A stretch of DNA of 64,000 bases from Actinomycetota bacterium. Its GTDB lineage: Bacteria > Actinomycetota > Thermoleophilia > Gaiellales > Gaiellaceae. Position 1 is the stretch's first letter. Every line of letters begins with the position of its first letter. Under the pieces are notes generated by a model. It ran no database searches, was not told where the DNA came from, and was given only the letters and a program-made list of their open reading frames with translations. The translations under genes were made by a program, and so were the position numbers. Shown here piece after piece: positions 16,888 to 26,259 of this stretch. The DNA lies in contig VAWI01000014.1 of the NCBI GenBank assembly GCA_005884005.1, forward strand, positions 6,649 through 70,648, in the 5' to 3' direction.

Positions 16888-18152
16888 GGACGTTGGCGGT
16901 GATCGACGGTGAGCACTACCCCTCGACCGTGCGGGACGCACTGGCCGAATTGCCATATCAGTTCGTCGGCGCGCTCAGGGTCGGCGGGATCGAGAAGCTC
17001 CGTGGTGAGGCGGACTACGGCGTCCCGCTCTACGACGATCTCGAGGCGGCGCTTCGCGAGCTGGAGCCGGAGCTCGTGCTCGACCTCTCGGACGAGCCCG
17101 TGCTGGGCCCCGCGGCGCGATTCCGGCTCGGCAGCCGGGTGCTTGCGTTCGGGATCCCGTACTCGGGCGCGGACTTCCGCCTCGAGCCGCCCGAGCTGGA
17201 GCCCTTTCCGGTGCCCTCACTTGCGGTCTTCGCGACCGGCAAACGCGTCGGCAAGACCGCCGTTTCCGCGCATCTCGCGGGGCTGCTCTCCCGCGACAGC
17301 GACGTCATTGCCGTGGCGATGGGACGCGGGGGGCCGGAGATGCCCGAGGTCGCCGAGTCCCGTCCGAGCCTCGACGAGCTCCTGGCCCTCTCGCGACAGG
17401 GCCGTCACGCCGCGTCGGACTACCTCGAGATCGCGGCTGTCGCGGGCGTCGTCACGATCGGCTGTCGGCGCTGCGGTGGCGGGCTGGCCGGGGCGGTTGC
17501 GACCTCGAACGTTCCCGCCGGGGCCGAGCTGGCACTTCAGCGTGGGGCCGACTTCGTCGTCTTCGACGGCAGCGGTGCGGCGATTCCGCCGGTCGCGACA
17601 AGCAAGCGCCTGCTCGTCACGAGCACCTTCGACCCGCCGGCGCTCGTCACCGGCTACCTGAACGCCTACCGCATCCTGCTCGCCGACCTCGTGGTCGTGA
17701 CGATGGCCGATGAGTCGACCCCGCACGAGGCGCTCGCGGAGGCGATTCGCGACGTCAAGCCCGAGGTGCCGGTGATCGCCGTCGGCTTTCGGCCACGGCC
17801 GCTCGCCCCGGTCGACGGCAAGCGTGTCGCGTTCTTCACGACCGCCGCTGCATCGGCGCACGCCCGACTTGCCGCGCATCTGACCGGGTATGGGGCGGAG
17901 GTTGTCCACGTCTCCGGGAACCTCGCCGACAGGCCGGCGCTCCGGCGCGAGCTGGACACGCTCGACGCGGACGTCTACCTGACCGAGATCAAGGCGGCCG
18001 GGATCGACGTCGTTGCCGAAGCCGGCGCGAAGCGGGGCGTCGAGATCGTCCTGGCCGCTAATGACCTCGTCCCCTGTCCCGGGCAGCCGGAGCTCGAGCC
18101 TGCGCTGCTGGTGCTCGCTGACGCAGCACGCGTGGAGCCGGTGAAGACGTGA
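16884..18152 (+). CDS. cyclic 2,3-diphosphoglycerate synthetase-like protein
   Basis: The start MRTLAVIDGEHYP, the P-loop-like ATGKRVGKTAVS, and the motifs GRGGPEMPE, HAASDYLE, GCRRCGGGLAG and DGSGAAIPP match my memory of archaeal cDPG synthetase. Adjacency to a 2-phosphoglycerate kinase-like gene supports the call. Not verified by a search. Confidence 0.65.
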   Translation: MRTLAVIDGEHYPSTVRDALAELPYQFVGALRVGGIEKLRGEADYGVPLYDDLEAALRELEPELVLDLSDEPVLGPAARFRLGSRVLAFGIPYSGADFRLEPPELEPFPVPSLAVFATGKRVGKTAVSAHLAGLLSRDSDVIAVAMGRGGPEMPEVAESRPSLDELLALSRQGRHAASDYLEIAAVAGVVTIGCRRCGGGLAGAVATSNVPAGAELALQRGADFVVFDGSGAAIPPVATSKRLLVTSTFDPPALVTGYLNAYRILLADLVVVTMADESTPHEALAEAIRDVKPEVPVIAVGFRPRPLAPVDGKRVAFFTTAAASAHARLAAHLTGYGAEVVHVSGNLADRPALRRELDTLDADVYLTEIKAAGIDVVAEAGAKRGVEIVLAANDLVPCPGQPELEPALLVLADAARVEPVKT

Positions 18153-19054
18153 CTGAGCGCCGCCATCGCGAGCCGCTTCCGCTCGGCGGCGAGGATGGTC
18201 TGCCGTTCTCGAAGGGGCTGCTCGCCCGGGCACTGATCGCGACCGGCGTCCCGTCCGAGAAGGCATACGAGCTCGCGCTCACGGCCGAGGCGGACCTGGC
18301 CGCTGCAGGGGGCCGCGCCTCGTCGCTCGAGCGCCTTCACGAACTCGCCGTCGCGATGTGGGGGGAAGACGAGGGCGCTCAGGTGATCAGGCGGTTGCGC
18401 CTCTTCGGACGGCTCGACGATCTCGACCTGCCGATCGTCCTCCTGATCGGCGGCGCGACCGGAACCGGCAAGTCCACGGTGGCGACCGAGATCGCCTACC
18501 GGCTTGGGATCACACGGGTCACCTCCACCGACTTCGTCCGGCAGACGATGCGTGCGTTCTTCTCGCAGGACTTCATGCCCGCGATCCACTACTCGAGCTT
18601 CGAGGCCGGCGCCTCGCAAGACGAGGAAGACGAGGACCGCGTCCTGCGCGGTTTCCTCGCCCAGACCCGCAACGTGCTCGTCGGCGTCCGCGCAGCGATC
18701 GAGCGGGTCATGCAGGAGGGGTGGTCGATGGTGCTCGAGGGAGTTCATCTCGTTCCGGGGATGGTCTCGGCCGAGATTGAAGGAGCGCTCGTCGTTCAGT
18801 TCGTGCTCGCGATCGAGGACGTCGAAGCCCACGCGAGCCACTTCTGGTTGCGGGACTCCGCATCAGGCAGCGCGCGGCCGTTCGAGCGGTATCTCGACTC
18901 GCTGGGCGATATCCGCGAGATCCAGGACTACATCGTCGGCCGCGCCGAGAAGGCCGGCGTGCGGGTGATCGAGAACGGCAACATCGAGCTTGCGATCGGA
19001 CAGGCAATGGAGCTCGTGCTCGAGAGCGCCGAGCGGTTCGAGAAAGTCGGATGA
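18149..19054 (+). CDS. 2-phosphoglycerate kinase-like protein
   Basis: The N-terminal ATP-cone-like LPFSKGLLARALIATGV...AYELA and the P-loop LLIGGATGTGKSTVATEIAYRLGITRVTSTDFVRQTMR follow the COG2074-type layout. GTGA overlap with the upstream gene. Confidence 0.75.
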   Translation: MTERRHREPLPLGGEDGLPFSKGLLARALIATGVPSEKAYELALTAEADLAAAGGRASSLERLHELAVAMWGEDEGAQVIRRLRLFGRLDDLDLPIVLLIGGATGTGKSTVATEIAYRLGITRVTSTDFVRQTMRAFFSQDFMPAIHYSSFEAGASQDEEDEDRVLRGFLAQTRNVLVGVRAAIERVMQEGWSMVLEGVHLVPGMVSAEIEGALVVQFVLAIEDVEAHASHFWLRDSASGSARPFERYLDSLGDIREIQDYIVGRAEKAGVRVIENGNIELAIGQAMELVLESAERFEKVG

Positions 19055-20061
19055 CCGAGACAGCTCCGATCCGGCAGCGCGAAGGATCCGCGCTCGACCG
19101 CTACTGCCTCTGCGAGAGCTACGCGCGGGCGACCGAGCGTGCTGCGCTGGCGGGCGCGCGCTGGCTGGGGCGAGCCGACCAAGAGGGCGCCGAACGCGAT
19201 TCCGCGGAGGCGATGCGGTCCGCGCTCGAGCACCTGCCGATCGACGGACAGGTCGTGATCGGCGCCGGCGGTGATGAAGACGAGACGCTCGGCCGCGGCC
19301 AGCGAGTGGGGGCCGGGGGAGAGCAGGTCGATCTCGCACTCGACCCCTTGGAAGGACGCGGAATCGTTGCGCGGGGCGGGGGAGGGGCGATGTCGATGAT
19401 CGCGGTCGGCGAGCCCGGCTCGCTCCAGACCCTGCCGGACATGTACATGCGAAAGCTGGCGGTCGGCCCTCGCGCCCGCGCTGCGATCGACCTCCGCCGG
19501 CCGGTCGCCGAGAACATCCGCGGGATCGCCGAGGCCTTCGGGCGTAGCGTCAACGACGTGACGACGATCGTGCTCGACCGCCCGCGGCACCACGACCTGA
19601 TCGAGGAGATCCGCGCCGCGGGCGCTCGGATCAAGCTGATCCAGGACGGAGACGTGACCGCGTCCATCTCCGCTGCGATCCGCGGCACCAACGATCACCT
19701 GGCGATCGGGATCGGCGGCACCCGCCAGGCGGTGATGGCGGCGGCTGCGCTCCGCTGTCTCGGCGGCGAGCTGCAGGCTCAACTCTGGCCGACGACGCGA
19801 ACCGAGATCGAAGAGGCGCGCGAATACGGGATCGACGACCTCGAGAAGATCTTCACGATCGACGACCTCTCGCCCGGCGAGGTGATCGTGGCCGCGACCG
19901 GCGTATCGAACGGCGACCTGCTCCGCGGCGTCCGCTTCCTCGGCGACTCGGCGCGCACGCATTCGCTGGTCATGTGCACTCGCTGCAACTGGGTGCGTTT
20001 CGTGGACGGAATCCACTTCTTCGCCCGCGAACGGCGCGAGGAAGTGCGGCTGCTGAGCTAG
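19051..20061 (+). CDS. glpX: class II fructose-1,6-bisphosphatase
   Basis: ATERAALAGARWLGRADQEGAERDSAEAM..., LDPLEGRGIVARGG and IGIGGTRQAVMAAAALRCLGGELQ are typical GlpX blocks. ATGA overlap with the upstream gene. Confidence 0.9.
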   Translation: MTETAPIRQREGSALDRYCLCESYARATERAALAGARWLGRADQEGAERDSAEAMRSALEHLPIDGQVVIGAGGDEDETLGRGQRVGAGGEQVDLALDPLEGRGIVARGGGGAMSMIAVGEPGSLQTLPDMYMRKLAVGPRARAAIDLRRPVAENIRGIAEAFGRSVNDVTTIVLDRPRHHDLIEEIRAAGARIKLIQDGDVTASISAAIRGTNDHLAIGIGGTRQAVMAAAALRCLGGELQAQLWPTTRTEIEEAREYGIDDLEKIFTIDDLSPGEVIVAATGVSNGDLLRGVRFLGDSARTHSLVMCTRCNWVRFVDGIHFFARERREEVRLLS

Positions 20062-20070
20062 GCTGGACTG

Positions 20071-20370
20071 GTGCCTACGAAGGAAGAAGTGGTCGACGCG
20101 CTCCGCGCCGTCGAAGATCCCGAGCTCGGAATGGACATCGTCGAACTCGGACTCCTCTACGACGTCGAGGTCGAGGGCCCGAAGGTCAAGGTGATCCACA
20201 CCCTGACCTCGATGGGCTGCCCGGTTGGGCCCATGATTCAGGAGAACATCGACCAGATCGCGCGCTCGATGCCCGAGGTCGAGGACGTCGAGGTCGAGCT
20301 GACCTGGGACCCGCCTTGGTCGCCGGAGAAGATGTCCGACGACGCCAAATTCATCCTCGGCTTCGGCTAG
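20071..20370 (+). CDS. DUF59 (MIP18/SufT-like) Fe-S assembly-related protein
   Basis: 99 aa containing VEDPELGMDIVELGLLYDVEV...TLTSMGCPVGPMI. Confidence 0.8.
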   Translation: MPTKEEVVDALRAVEDPELGMDIVELGLLYDVEVEGPKVKVIHTLTSMGCPVGPMIQENIDQIARSMPEVEDVEVELTWDPPWSPEKMSDDAKFILGFG

Positions 20371-20440
20371 CTCGTCGGGCCTGGGCCGACGTGGCCGCTC
20401 TGGACCTGTTCGGTTTGACCTCGGCCGTGGCCGTTCGGGG

Positions 20441-21394
20441 CTAATCGATCCGCAGCACGATCTTGCCGAACTGCTCGCCGCGCTCCATGCGCTCGTGTGC
20501 GGCTCGTGCTTCCTCGAGCGCGAAAACCTGGTCGATGACCGGCCGCGCCCGGCCTGACTTCACCAGCTCGAAGGCGCCGGCGAAGTCCTCGCGGGTGCCC
20601 ATCGTGGAGCCGTAGATCGTCAACTGCTTCCACCAGACCCGGTGGAGCTGGGCCGGAGGATTGGGGCCGCTCGTGGCGCCACAGACGACAACCCGGCCGC
20701 CTGCCCGGACGACGGCGAGCGACGTCTTCCACGTTGCTTCACCGACGTGCTCGACGACGACGTCCGCCCCGACGCCGTCGGTCGCTTGCTTCACCGCCGC
20801 GGCAACGTCGCCGCTTGCGTGGTTGACGACCGCGTCGGCTCCCAGCGCGCGCGCCTGCTCCAGCTTCGTGTCGCTCGACGAGGTCGCGAGCACGCGCGCG
20901 CCGAACGCCTTTGCGATCGCGAGCGATGCCGTGGCAACGCCGCCGCCGATACCCCAGACCAAGACCCACTCGCCCTCCTGAATCTGCGCCTTGGTCACGA
21001 GCATCCGGTAGGCCGTCTCGAACACCATCGGGAATGCCGCCGCCTGCTCGAACGCGAGCTCGTCGGGAATCGGAAGCACGTAGTCCTCTGGCACGGCGAT
21101 CAGCTCGGCGTCCGTGCCGTCGATGTGCTCGCCGACGATCAAGCGGCCGTCATCGAGCCCCGGATTGATGACGACGCGTTCGCCCGTGTCGAGACGCTCG
21201 CCGGCCCCGTCGGAGCCGAGGATTCGCGGCTTCGGTACCGACGGCAGTCCGCTCCGGATCCAGAGGTCGATGTGATTGAGCGCCGCCGCCCGGATGCGGA
21301 TGAGGACTTGGCCGGCGGCAGGCGTAGGATCGGGCGCATCCTCGTAACGCAGAACCTCGGGCCCGCCGTCCTCGTGGATCCTGATCGCCTTCAC
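20441..21394 (-). CDS. zinc-type alcohol dehydrogenase / NADPH:quinone oxidoreductase family protein
   Basis: An MDR fold (VKAIRIHEDGGPEVL...AAALNHIDLW...VWGIGGGVATASLAIAKAFGARV). I prefer GTG 21394, with ATG 21412 as an alternative. The rest of the 660-aa track ORF is antisense to queG. Confidence 0.85.
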   Translation of the reverse strand: MKAIRIHEDGGPEVLRYEDAPDPTPAAGQVLIRIRAAALNHIDLWIRSGLPSVPKPRILGSDGAGERLDTGERVVINPGLDDGRLIVGEHIDGTDAELIAVPEDYVLPIPDELAFEQAAAFPMVFETAYRMLVTKAQIQEGEWVLVWGIGGGVATASLAIAKAFGARVLATSSSDTKLEQARALGADAVVNHASGDVAAAVKQATDGVGADVVVEHVGEATWKTSLAVVRAGGRVVVCGATSGPNPPAQLHRVWWKQLTIYGSTMGTREDFAGAFELVKSGRARPVIDQVFALEEARAAHERMERGEQFGKIVLRID

Positions 21395-21412
21395 GCGGGC
21401 ACAATCTTCCAT

Positions 21413-22330
21413 ATGAACGCCGCAGAGCTGGAGCGTCTCGCCGCAGAGGTCGGCATCGACGTCGTCGGTGCGACCCCGGCAAAGCCGTACGAAGAGACTG
21501 AGCGCCACATCCGCGCCCGGCGCGCCCGAGGCCTTTTCGCCGACATGCGTTTCACCATGGCGCAGCCCGAGGTCTCGTGCCGTCCGGAAAAGTTGTTGCC
21601 GGACGCGCGAACCGTGGTCTCGGCCGCGCTGTCCTACTACGCGGACGAGCCCGAGCGCCCACCCGGCCACGGGCGATTGCCGCGCTACACCTGGTACGAC
21701 GCGTATGCGGAGCTGCGCGGGAAGCTCGACGAGCTCGGTCGGCGGCTGGGCGGCGACTACCGCGTGCTCGTCGACGAGAACCAGCACGTCGACCGCGAGG
21801 CGGCGGCGCGCTCGGGCGTCGGCTTCTACGGAAAGAACACGCTCCTGATCACCCGGCGGTTCGGCTCCTGGGTCGTGCTCGGCACGCTCATCACCGACCG
21901 AGAGCTGGACGCGACCCCGCCGCTTCGGCTCGACTGCGGTTCCTGCACACTCTGCATCGAGGCCTGCCCCACGGGCGCGCTCGACGAGCCCGGGACGCTC
22001 GACGCGACCAAATGCCTCTCGTACTGGACGCAGTCGGCACACGACCCGCCGGAGGAGTACCGCGAGGCGATGGAGGCACAGGTCTACGGCTGCGACATCT
22101 GCCAGGACGTCTGCCCCTGGAACCGCGGGATCGAGAAGCGGCGCGCCGGCGAACCGCTTCCTGCGGACGCGGAGCCGCACGTCAACCTCCGCGACTGGCT
22201 CGAGTCCGACCCAGCCGAGTTGCGCGAGCGGTACGCACGCCTCTACGTGCCGCGAAACGACGGCCGTTTTCTGCAGCGAAACGCCCGCATCGCGCTCGCG
22301 AACGAGCAGGTGCCCGCCCGTGAGCGCTGA
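21413..22330 (+). CDS. queG: epoxyqueuosine reductase
   Basis: Two 4Fe-4S motifs (CGSCTLCIEACPTGAL and CDICQDVCPWN) plus the QueG-like GFYGKNTLLITRRFGSWVVLG. Confidence 0.85.
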   Translation: MNAAELERLAAEVGIDVVGATPAKPYEETERHIRARRARGLFADMRFTMAQPEVSCRPEKLLPDARTVVSAALSYYADEPERPPGHGRLPRYTWYDAYAELRGKLDELGRRLGGDYRVLVDENQHVDREAAARSGVGFYGKNTLLITRRFGSWVVLGTLITDRELDATPPLRLDCGSCTLCIEACPTGALDEPGTLDATKCLSYWTQSAHDPPEEYREAMEAQVYGCDICQDVCPWNRGIEKRRAGEPLPADAEPHVNLRDWLESDPAELRERYARLYVPRNDGRFLQRNARIALANEQVPARER

Positions 22331-24143
22331 GCTCGAACGGCTTCGCGAGACAGAGCGATGGATCGCGTGGGTTCGGCTCGCCTCCGTGCCGTTCGCGATC
22401 GTCGAGGTCGGCGTGCTGAGCACCGATTATCCGTCCGGTTACGAGAATTGGGCGTGGGCGACAACCGGCTTGCTGGTGGTCGCGGGGGTTGGCTTCTTCC
22501 TGCTCAGCCGTTCCTCCGGCGTGTTTACACGCGCCCCTCGCCGGTTTGGCCTGGTCGCGCTCGCGGTCGACACGACCATCGTGGGGGCCTTCGTCTTCAT
22601 CTACCAGTACGAGATCGGGTCGCCTGTCAACCAGCTTTTCTTCGTCCTGCTCATCGAGGCGGCAGTCCGATACGGAATTCGCGGCGGCCTGCTGATGCCG
22701 CTCGCGATCGTGCCGCTGCTTGCGGTCGCAGAATGGTGGCGGGAGACCAAGTTCGACAACCCTCCTCACGGCTACCAACCGGACCACGTCGTCTTTCCGT
22801 GGGGCCTGCTCACCCTCACCGGAATGATCGTCGGCTGGCTTGTCGACCGGCTGCGCCAAAAGACCGCGACCTCCGAGGCGCAGGTCGCAGAGGCCGAGCT
22901 GCTTCGTGACGAGCTGGGCCGGCGAGCCGACGTGCTCGAGGCTGCGACACGCTGCGCCCGCGCGCTCAGCTCTTCTCTCAACCTCGACGAGGCCTTCGAA
23001 GCCTTTATCCGCGAGCTTCGTGGCTTCGTCCCCTTCGACCGGATGGCGATCATCCTCGAAGAGGGGGGAACCGCGCAGGTGATGGCCGTTGCGGGAGTCG
23101 GAGCCGAGGGGGTCTTCTCCCGTGGCACGCGGCAGCCGGTCACCCAGACACTGCTCGCCGAGATCCTTCGCACGGCTCAGCCGGTTTACCGCGAGGACAT
23201 GACCGACGCTCGCTACTCGGAGGAGCGTGAGTTCATCGAGCTCGGGCTCCTCTGCAGGATCGCGGCGCCGCTCCTACACGGGCCGAGGGCGTTCGGAATG
23301 ATCTCGCTCGTCCGCCGGGAGCCACGAGCCTTCAAGAACCAAGAGCTCGAGCTCGTCGCGCTGCTCGGACGCCTGGTCGCGAGCGCTGTCCAGAACATTC
23401 GCGCCTACGAGGCCGAGCGCAGCACGGTGGAGGAACTGCGCCGCCTGTCCACGTTGCGCGCTGACTTCGTCTCGCTCGTCTCGCACGAGTTGAGGGCGCC
23501 GATGGCGTCGGTCGTCGGCTCGGCCCAAACGCTCCGCCAGCGCTGGCGAGAGCTCACCCCGGACCAGCGGGAGTCCTTCCTCGCCCTGATCGGCAGCGAG
23601 ACGGAGCGCCTGGCGGCGCTAGTCGGCGACGTACTCGACACCTCCCGCATCGAAGCCGGCACTTTCACCTACCGCTTCGGCGACGTCGACCTCGGTGCAC
23701 TCGTGCGAGACTCTGTCGCCGGCATTGCGCTTGCGCAGGACGAGGTCAGCGTGATCGCGGACATCCGCGGCGAGCTCCCGTCGGTGCGCGGCGACCGCGA
23801 CCGGCTACAACAGGTGCTGACGAACTTGCTCGACAACGCGGTCAAGTATTCGCCGGCCGGCGAAGAGGTCAGGGTCAATGCCTTCCAGCAGGACTCGCGT
23901 GTGCGGATCGAGGTCTCAGACCGCGGCCCGGGCGTCCCTGCCGATCAGCAGCGCATGATCTTCGAGAAGTTCGGCCGTGGCCAGAGCGCCGGTTCTCCAG
24001 GGAAGCCCGGGACCGGCCTCGGACTCTTCATCGCGCGCTCGATCGCCGAGGCGCACGGCGGCTCGGTCGAGGTCTCGTCGGCGACTCAAGGCGGAGCCAC
24101 CTTTACCCTGACACTACCGGCCGAACCCTCGAGCCGGGTTTAG
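22320..24143 (+). CDS. membrane sensor histidine kinase with GAF domain
   Basis: About 5 N-terminal TM helices, a GAF-like middle, the HisKA H-box FVSLVSHELRAP, and HATPase N/G boxes (NLLDNAVKYSP, GTGLGLFIARSIAEAHGG). No cognate regulator lies adjacent. Confidence 0.8.
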   Translation: MSAELERLRETERWIAWVRLASVPFAIVEVGVLSTDYPSGYENWAWATTGLLVVAGVGFFLLSRSSGVFTRAPRRFGLVALAVDTTIVGAFVFIYQYEIGSPVNQLFFVLLIEAAVRYGIRGGLLMPLAIVPLLAVAEWWRETKFDNPPHGYQPDHVVFPWGLLTLTGMIVGWLVDRLRQKTATSEAQVAEAELLRDELGRRADVLEAATRCARALSSSLNLDEAFEAFIRELRGFVPFDRMAIILEEGGTAQVMAVAGVGAEGVFSRGTRQPVTQTLLAEILRTAQPVYREDMTDARYSEEREFIELGLLCRIAAPLLHGPRAFGMISLVRREPRAFKNQELELVALLGRLVASAVQNIRAYEAERSTVEELRRLSTLRADFVSLVSHELRAPMASVVGSAQTLRQRWRELTPDQRESFLALIGSETERLAALVGDVLDTSRIEAGTFTYRFGDVDLGALVRDSVAGIALAQDEVSVIADIRGELPSVRGDRDRLQQVLTNLLDNAVKYSPAGEEVRVNAFQQDSRVRIEVSDRGPGVPADQQRMIFEKFGRGQSAGSPGKPGTGLGLFIARSIAEAHGGSVEVSSATQGGATFTLTLPAEPSSRV

Positions 24144-24237
24144 ACGGCCCCGACGGCGAAGCCGCCGTGGCCTCCATGTCGGCATCGCAAGCGACGCCTT
24201 GGTCGGCGCAAACCTTCACGCTGATACTCCCCGTTGA

Positions 24238-26259
24238 CTAGCCCGCGGAAGGAACGCGGACGCGGGTGAGCCCGAGCTCGGCCTGGAGCGTGCGGGCCCG
24301 CTCGGCGATCCGCGTGCGAAGCTCCTTCGGCTCGCGCACGACCGCTTCGCCTCGGAACGAGAGGATCTCGCCGATCAGCCAGCCCTCGCCGCCGACCGCG
24401 ACTTCTTCCACCGCCGAGCCGTCCTTCAGGAGCCTTGCCGTCCCGCGCTCGAGGCGCCAGCGTGCGACCTCGGGCGAGTACCAGATCTGAACCGGCCTGG
24501 CGTCGCGGAGGCCGCGCGGCTCGAAACCCTCACGCGGCTCGAAATCGTCCGCGAGCATCCTGGCGCTGCGCATCCGGTCTAGCCGAAAGGAGCGCTCGGC
24601 GTCGCGGGTGCGATCCCACGTGTGCACGTACCAATAGGGGAGGCGGCGCTCGATCGAGTAAGGCTCGACCAGGTGCTCCGACGTGGACTCCTCGCCCTCC
24701 TTGAGGTAGTCGAGCTCGACGAGCCTGCGCTCTCTGATTCCCTGGGTCAGAGTCGCGACGAGCCCCTCCTCGTCCTCGCCGATGTGCGGGGCAGGCGTCT
24801 GCGCGAGGTCGAACTCGCCGAAGGTCTCCTCGAGCTTCTTGCGCACGCGATCGAGCGGTGTGCGCGCGTCGGCCGCGATCATCGGCCCGACGAACTCGAG
24901 CGCGAGCCGGATTGCGCGAGCCTCGAGCGGGGTCAGCCGCGGCGGGGCGCGGAAAGTGTCGCCGAAGAGCTCCTTGTCCACTCGCACCTTCCCGTTGGCC
25001 AGCTCGGCATAGATCGCGTAGCAACCGCCGCCGAAGTTGACGAGGTTGAGCAACGAGAGGTGCTCCTCGAGCTCGTCGGGTGGGATGTGGAAGCGGTCGA
25101 TCAGGTCAGCCGCGTCGACGACTGCGTCGTTGCTTTCGCCGCAGCGATCGAGCAGGTACGCCAGCAGTGCCTGGAGCACTGCGAAGCGCTCCGGCGCCAC
25201 GGGCCCGGCGACGCGCTCGAGCTCGTCCTGCTCTCGCGGCTTCGCCACCGCCGCAAGCTCTTGCGGCGTCCCCTCGTGCCGGTCGCGGACGAGCCGTAGC
25301 GCGCGCGCGACCTCGCGCCTCAGCTCCGGCGGCGCGATCGGCGAGGCGCGCCCGTCCTGGCGAACGATCCAGGAGGCGAGCTGCCCGGCGTTCGAGTATT
25401 TGGTCACGAAGACGCCGTCTTCCACGCGGCCATGCTCCCCGTACGTCCGCTCGACCCACCAGGCGGTGTCGTCCCCGACCTCGATCCTCGCCTCCCCGAT
25501 CAGATCGCCGATCTGCCACGGCGGACGATCGCGGTAAGGCTCGATCTCGAACTCCGCAGGCAGGCGGAAATCCCGCTCCCTGCGCGTCGCGAAGCGGATG
25601 TCGCCGCGGATACGTGAGACGCGGAACGTGCGAATGTCCTCGCGGACGAGGTCCTGGCCGACGACATACCAGGCGCCGTTGTCCTGGAAGAGGGCATACG
25701 GGTTGAACGCCCGCTCCTCCTCCGAGTCTCGGGAGATCGACCAGTAGTTGAACTTGACCGTGCGCTGCTTCGAGATCGCGCCCTCGAGCTTTCCGAGCCG
25801 GCCCGCGAGCTCGGCGGAGTACTCCGGATCGAGCACCTCGACGCGGAGGGCCGTGTCTGTCGGCGCCTCGGCGAACCCGGGTCGGCCCAGGGCGAGGTTC
25901 TGCAGCGCGAGCCGGAGCGGCTCCGCGTAGGCGAACTTGCCTTCGAGGAGGTAGAGCGCAGTCTGCAGCGCGGCCAGCTCGTCGTCCCTGAGATCGAGCT
26001 GAGGGAGGAAGTAGGCCTCGGAGCGCATCGTGTAGAGCTCCTCGCCCGTGTATTCGTCGCGCTGCGAGTGGAGCGGCACGCCGAGCGCGATCAGCTCGGC
26101 CCGATCGGAATAGAAGCGGCGCGCGAACGCCTCGTCCGACATCTCCTGATAGCCCTCGACGTTCCCCTTGATGTCGCGCGCGGTGACCGCCCGCCGTTCC
26201 GCCATCAGGAACGCGACGAGCGAAAGCTGCCGGATCAGCTTGTCAGTGTCGTGCGACAC
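24238..26259 (-). CDS. tandem HTH-WYL transcriptional regulator (PafB-PafC-like fusion)
   Basis: 673 aa made of two consecutive modules, each with a winged-HTH-like start (KLIRQLSLVAFL... and RFAVLQALLAYLL...) followed by WYL-type cores (NGAWYVVGQD and LPYWYVHTWD). GTG start at 26259. Confidence 0.7.
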   Translation of the reverse strand: MSHDTDKLIRQLSLVAFLMAERRAVTARDIKGNVEGYQEMSDEAFARRFYSDRAELIALGVPLHSQRDEYTGEELYTMRSEAYFLPQLDLRDDELAALQTALYLLEGKFAYAEPLRLALQNLALGRPGFAEAPTDTALRVEVLDPEYSAELAGRLGKLEGAISKQRTVKFNYWSISRDSEEERAFNPYALFQDNGAWYVVGQDLVREDIRTFRVSRIRGDIRFATRRERDFRLPAEFEIEPYRDRPPWQIGDLIGEARIEVGDDTAWWVERTYGEHGRVEDGVFVTKYSNAGQLASWIVRQDGRASPIAPPELRREVARALRLVRDRHEGTPQELAAVAKPREQDELERVAGPVAPERFAVLQALLAYLLDRCGESNDAVVDAADLIDRFHIPPDELEEHLSLLNLVNFGGGCYAIYAELANGKVRVDKELFGDTFRAPPRLTPLEARAIRLALEFVGPMIAADARTPLDRVRKKLEETFGEFDLAQTPAPHIGEDEEGLVATLTQGIRERRLVELDYLKEGEESTSEHLVEPYSIERRLPYWYVHTWDRTRDAERSFRLDRMRSARMLADDFEPREGFEPRGLRDARPVQIWYSPEVARWRLERGTARLLKDGSAVEEVAVGGEGWLIGEILSFRGEAVVREPKELRTRIAERARTLQAELGLTRVRVPSAG

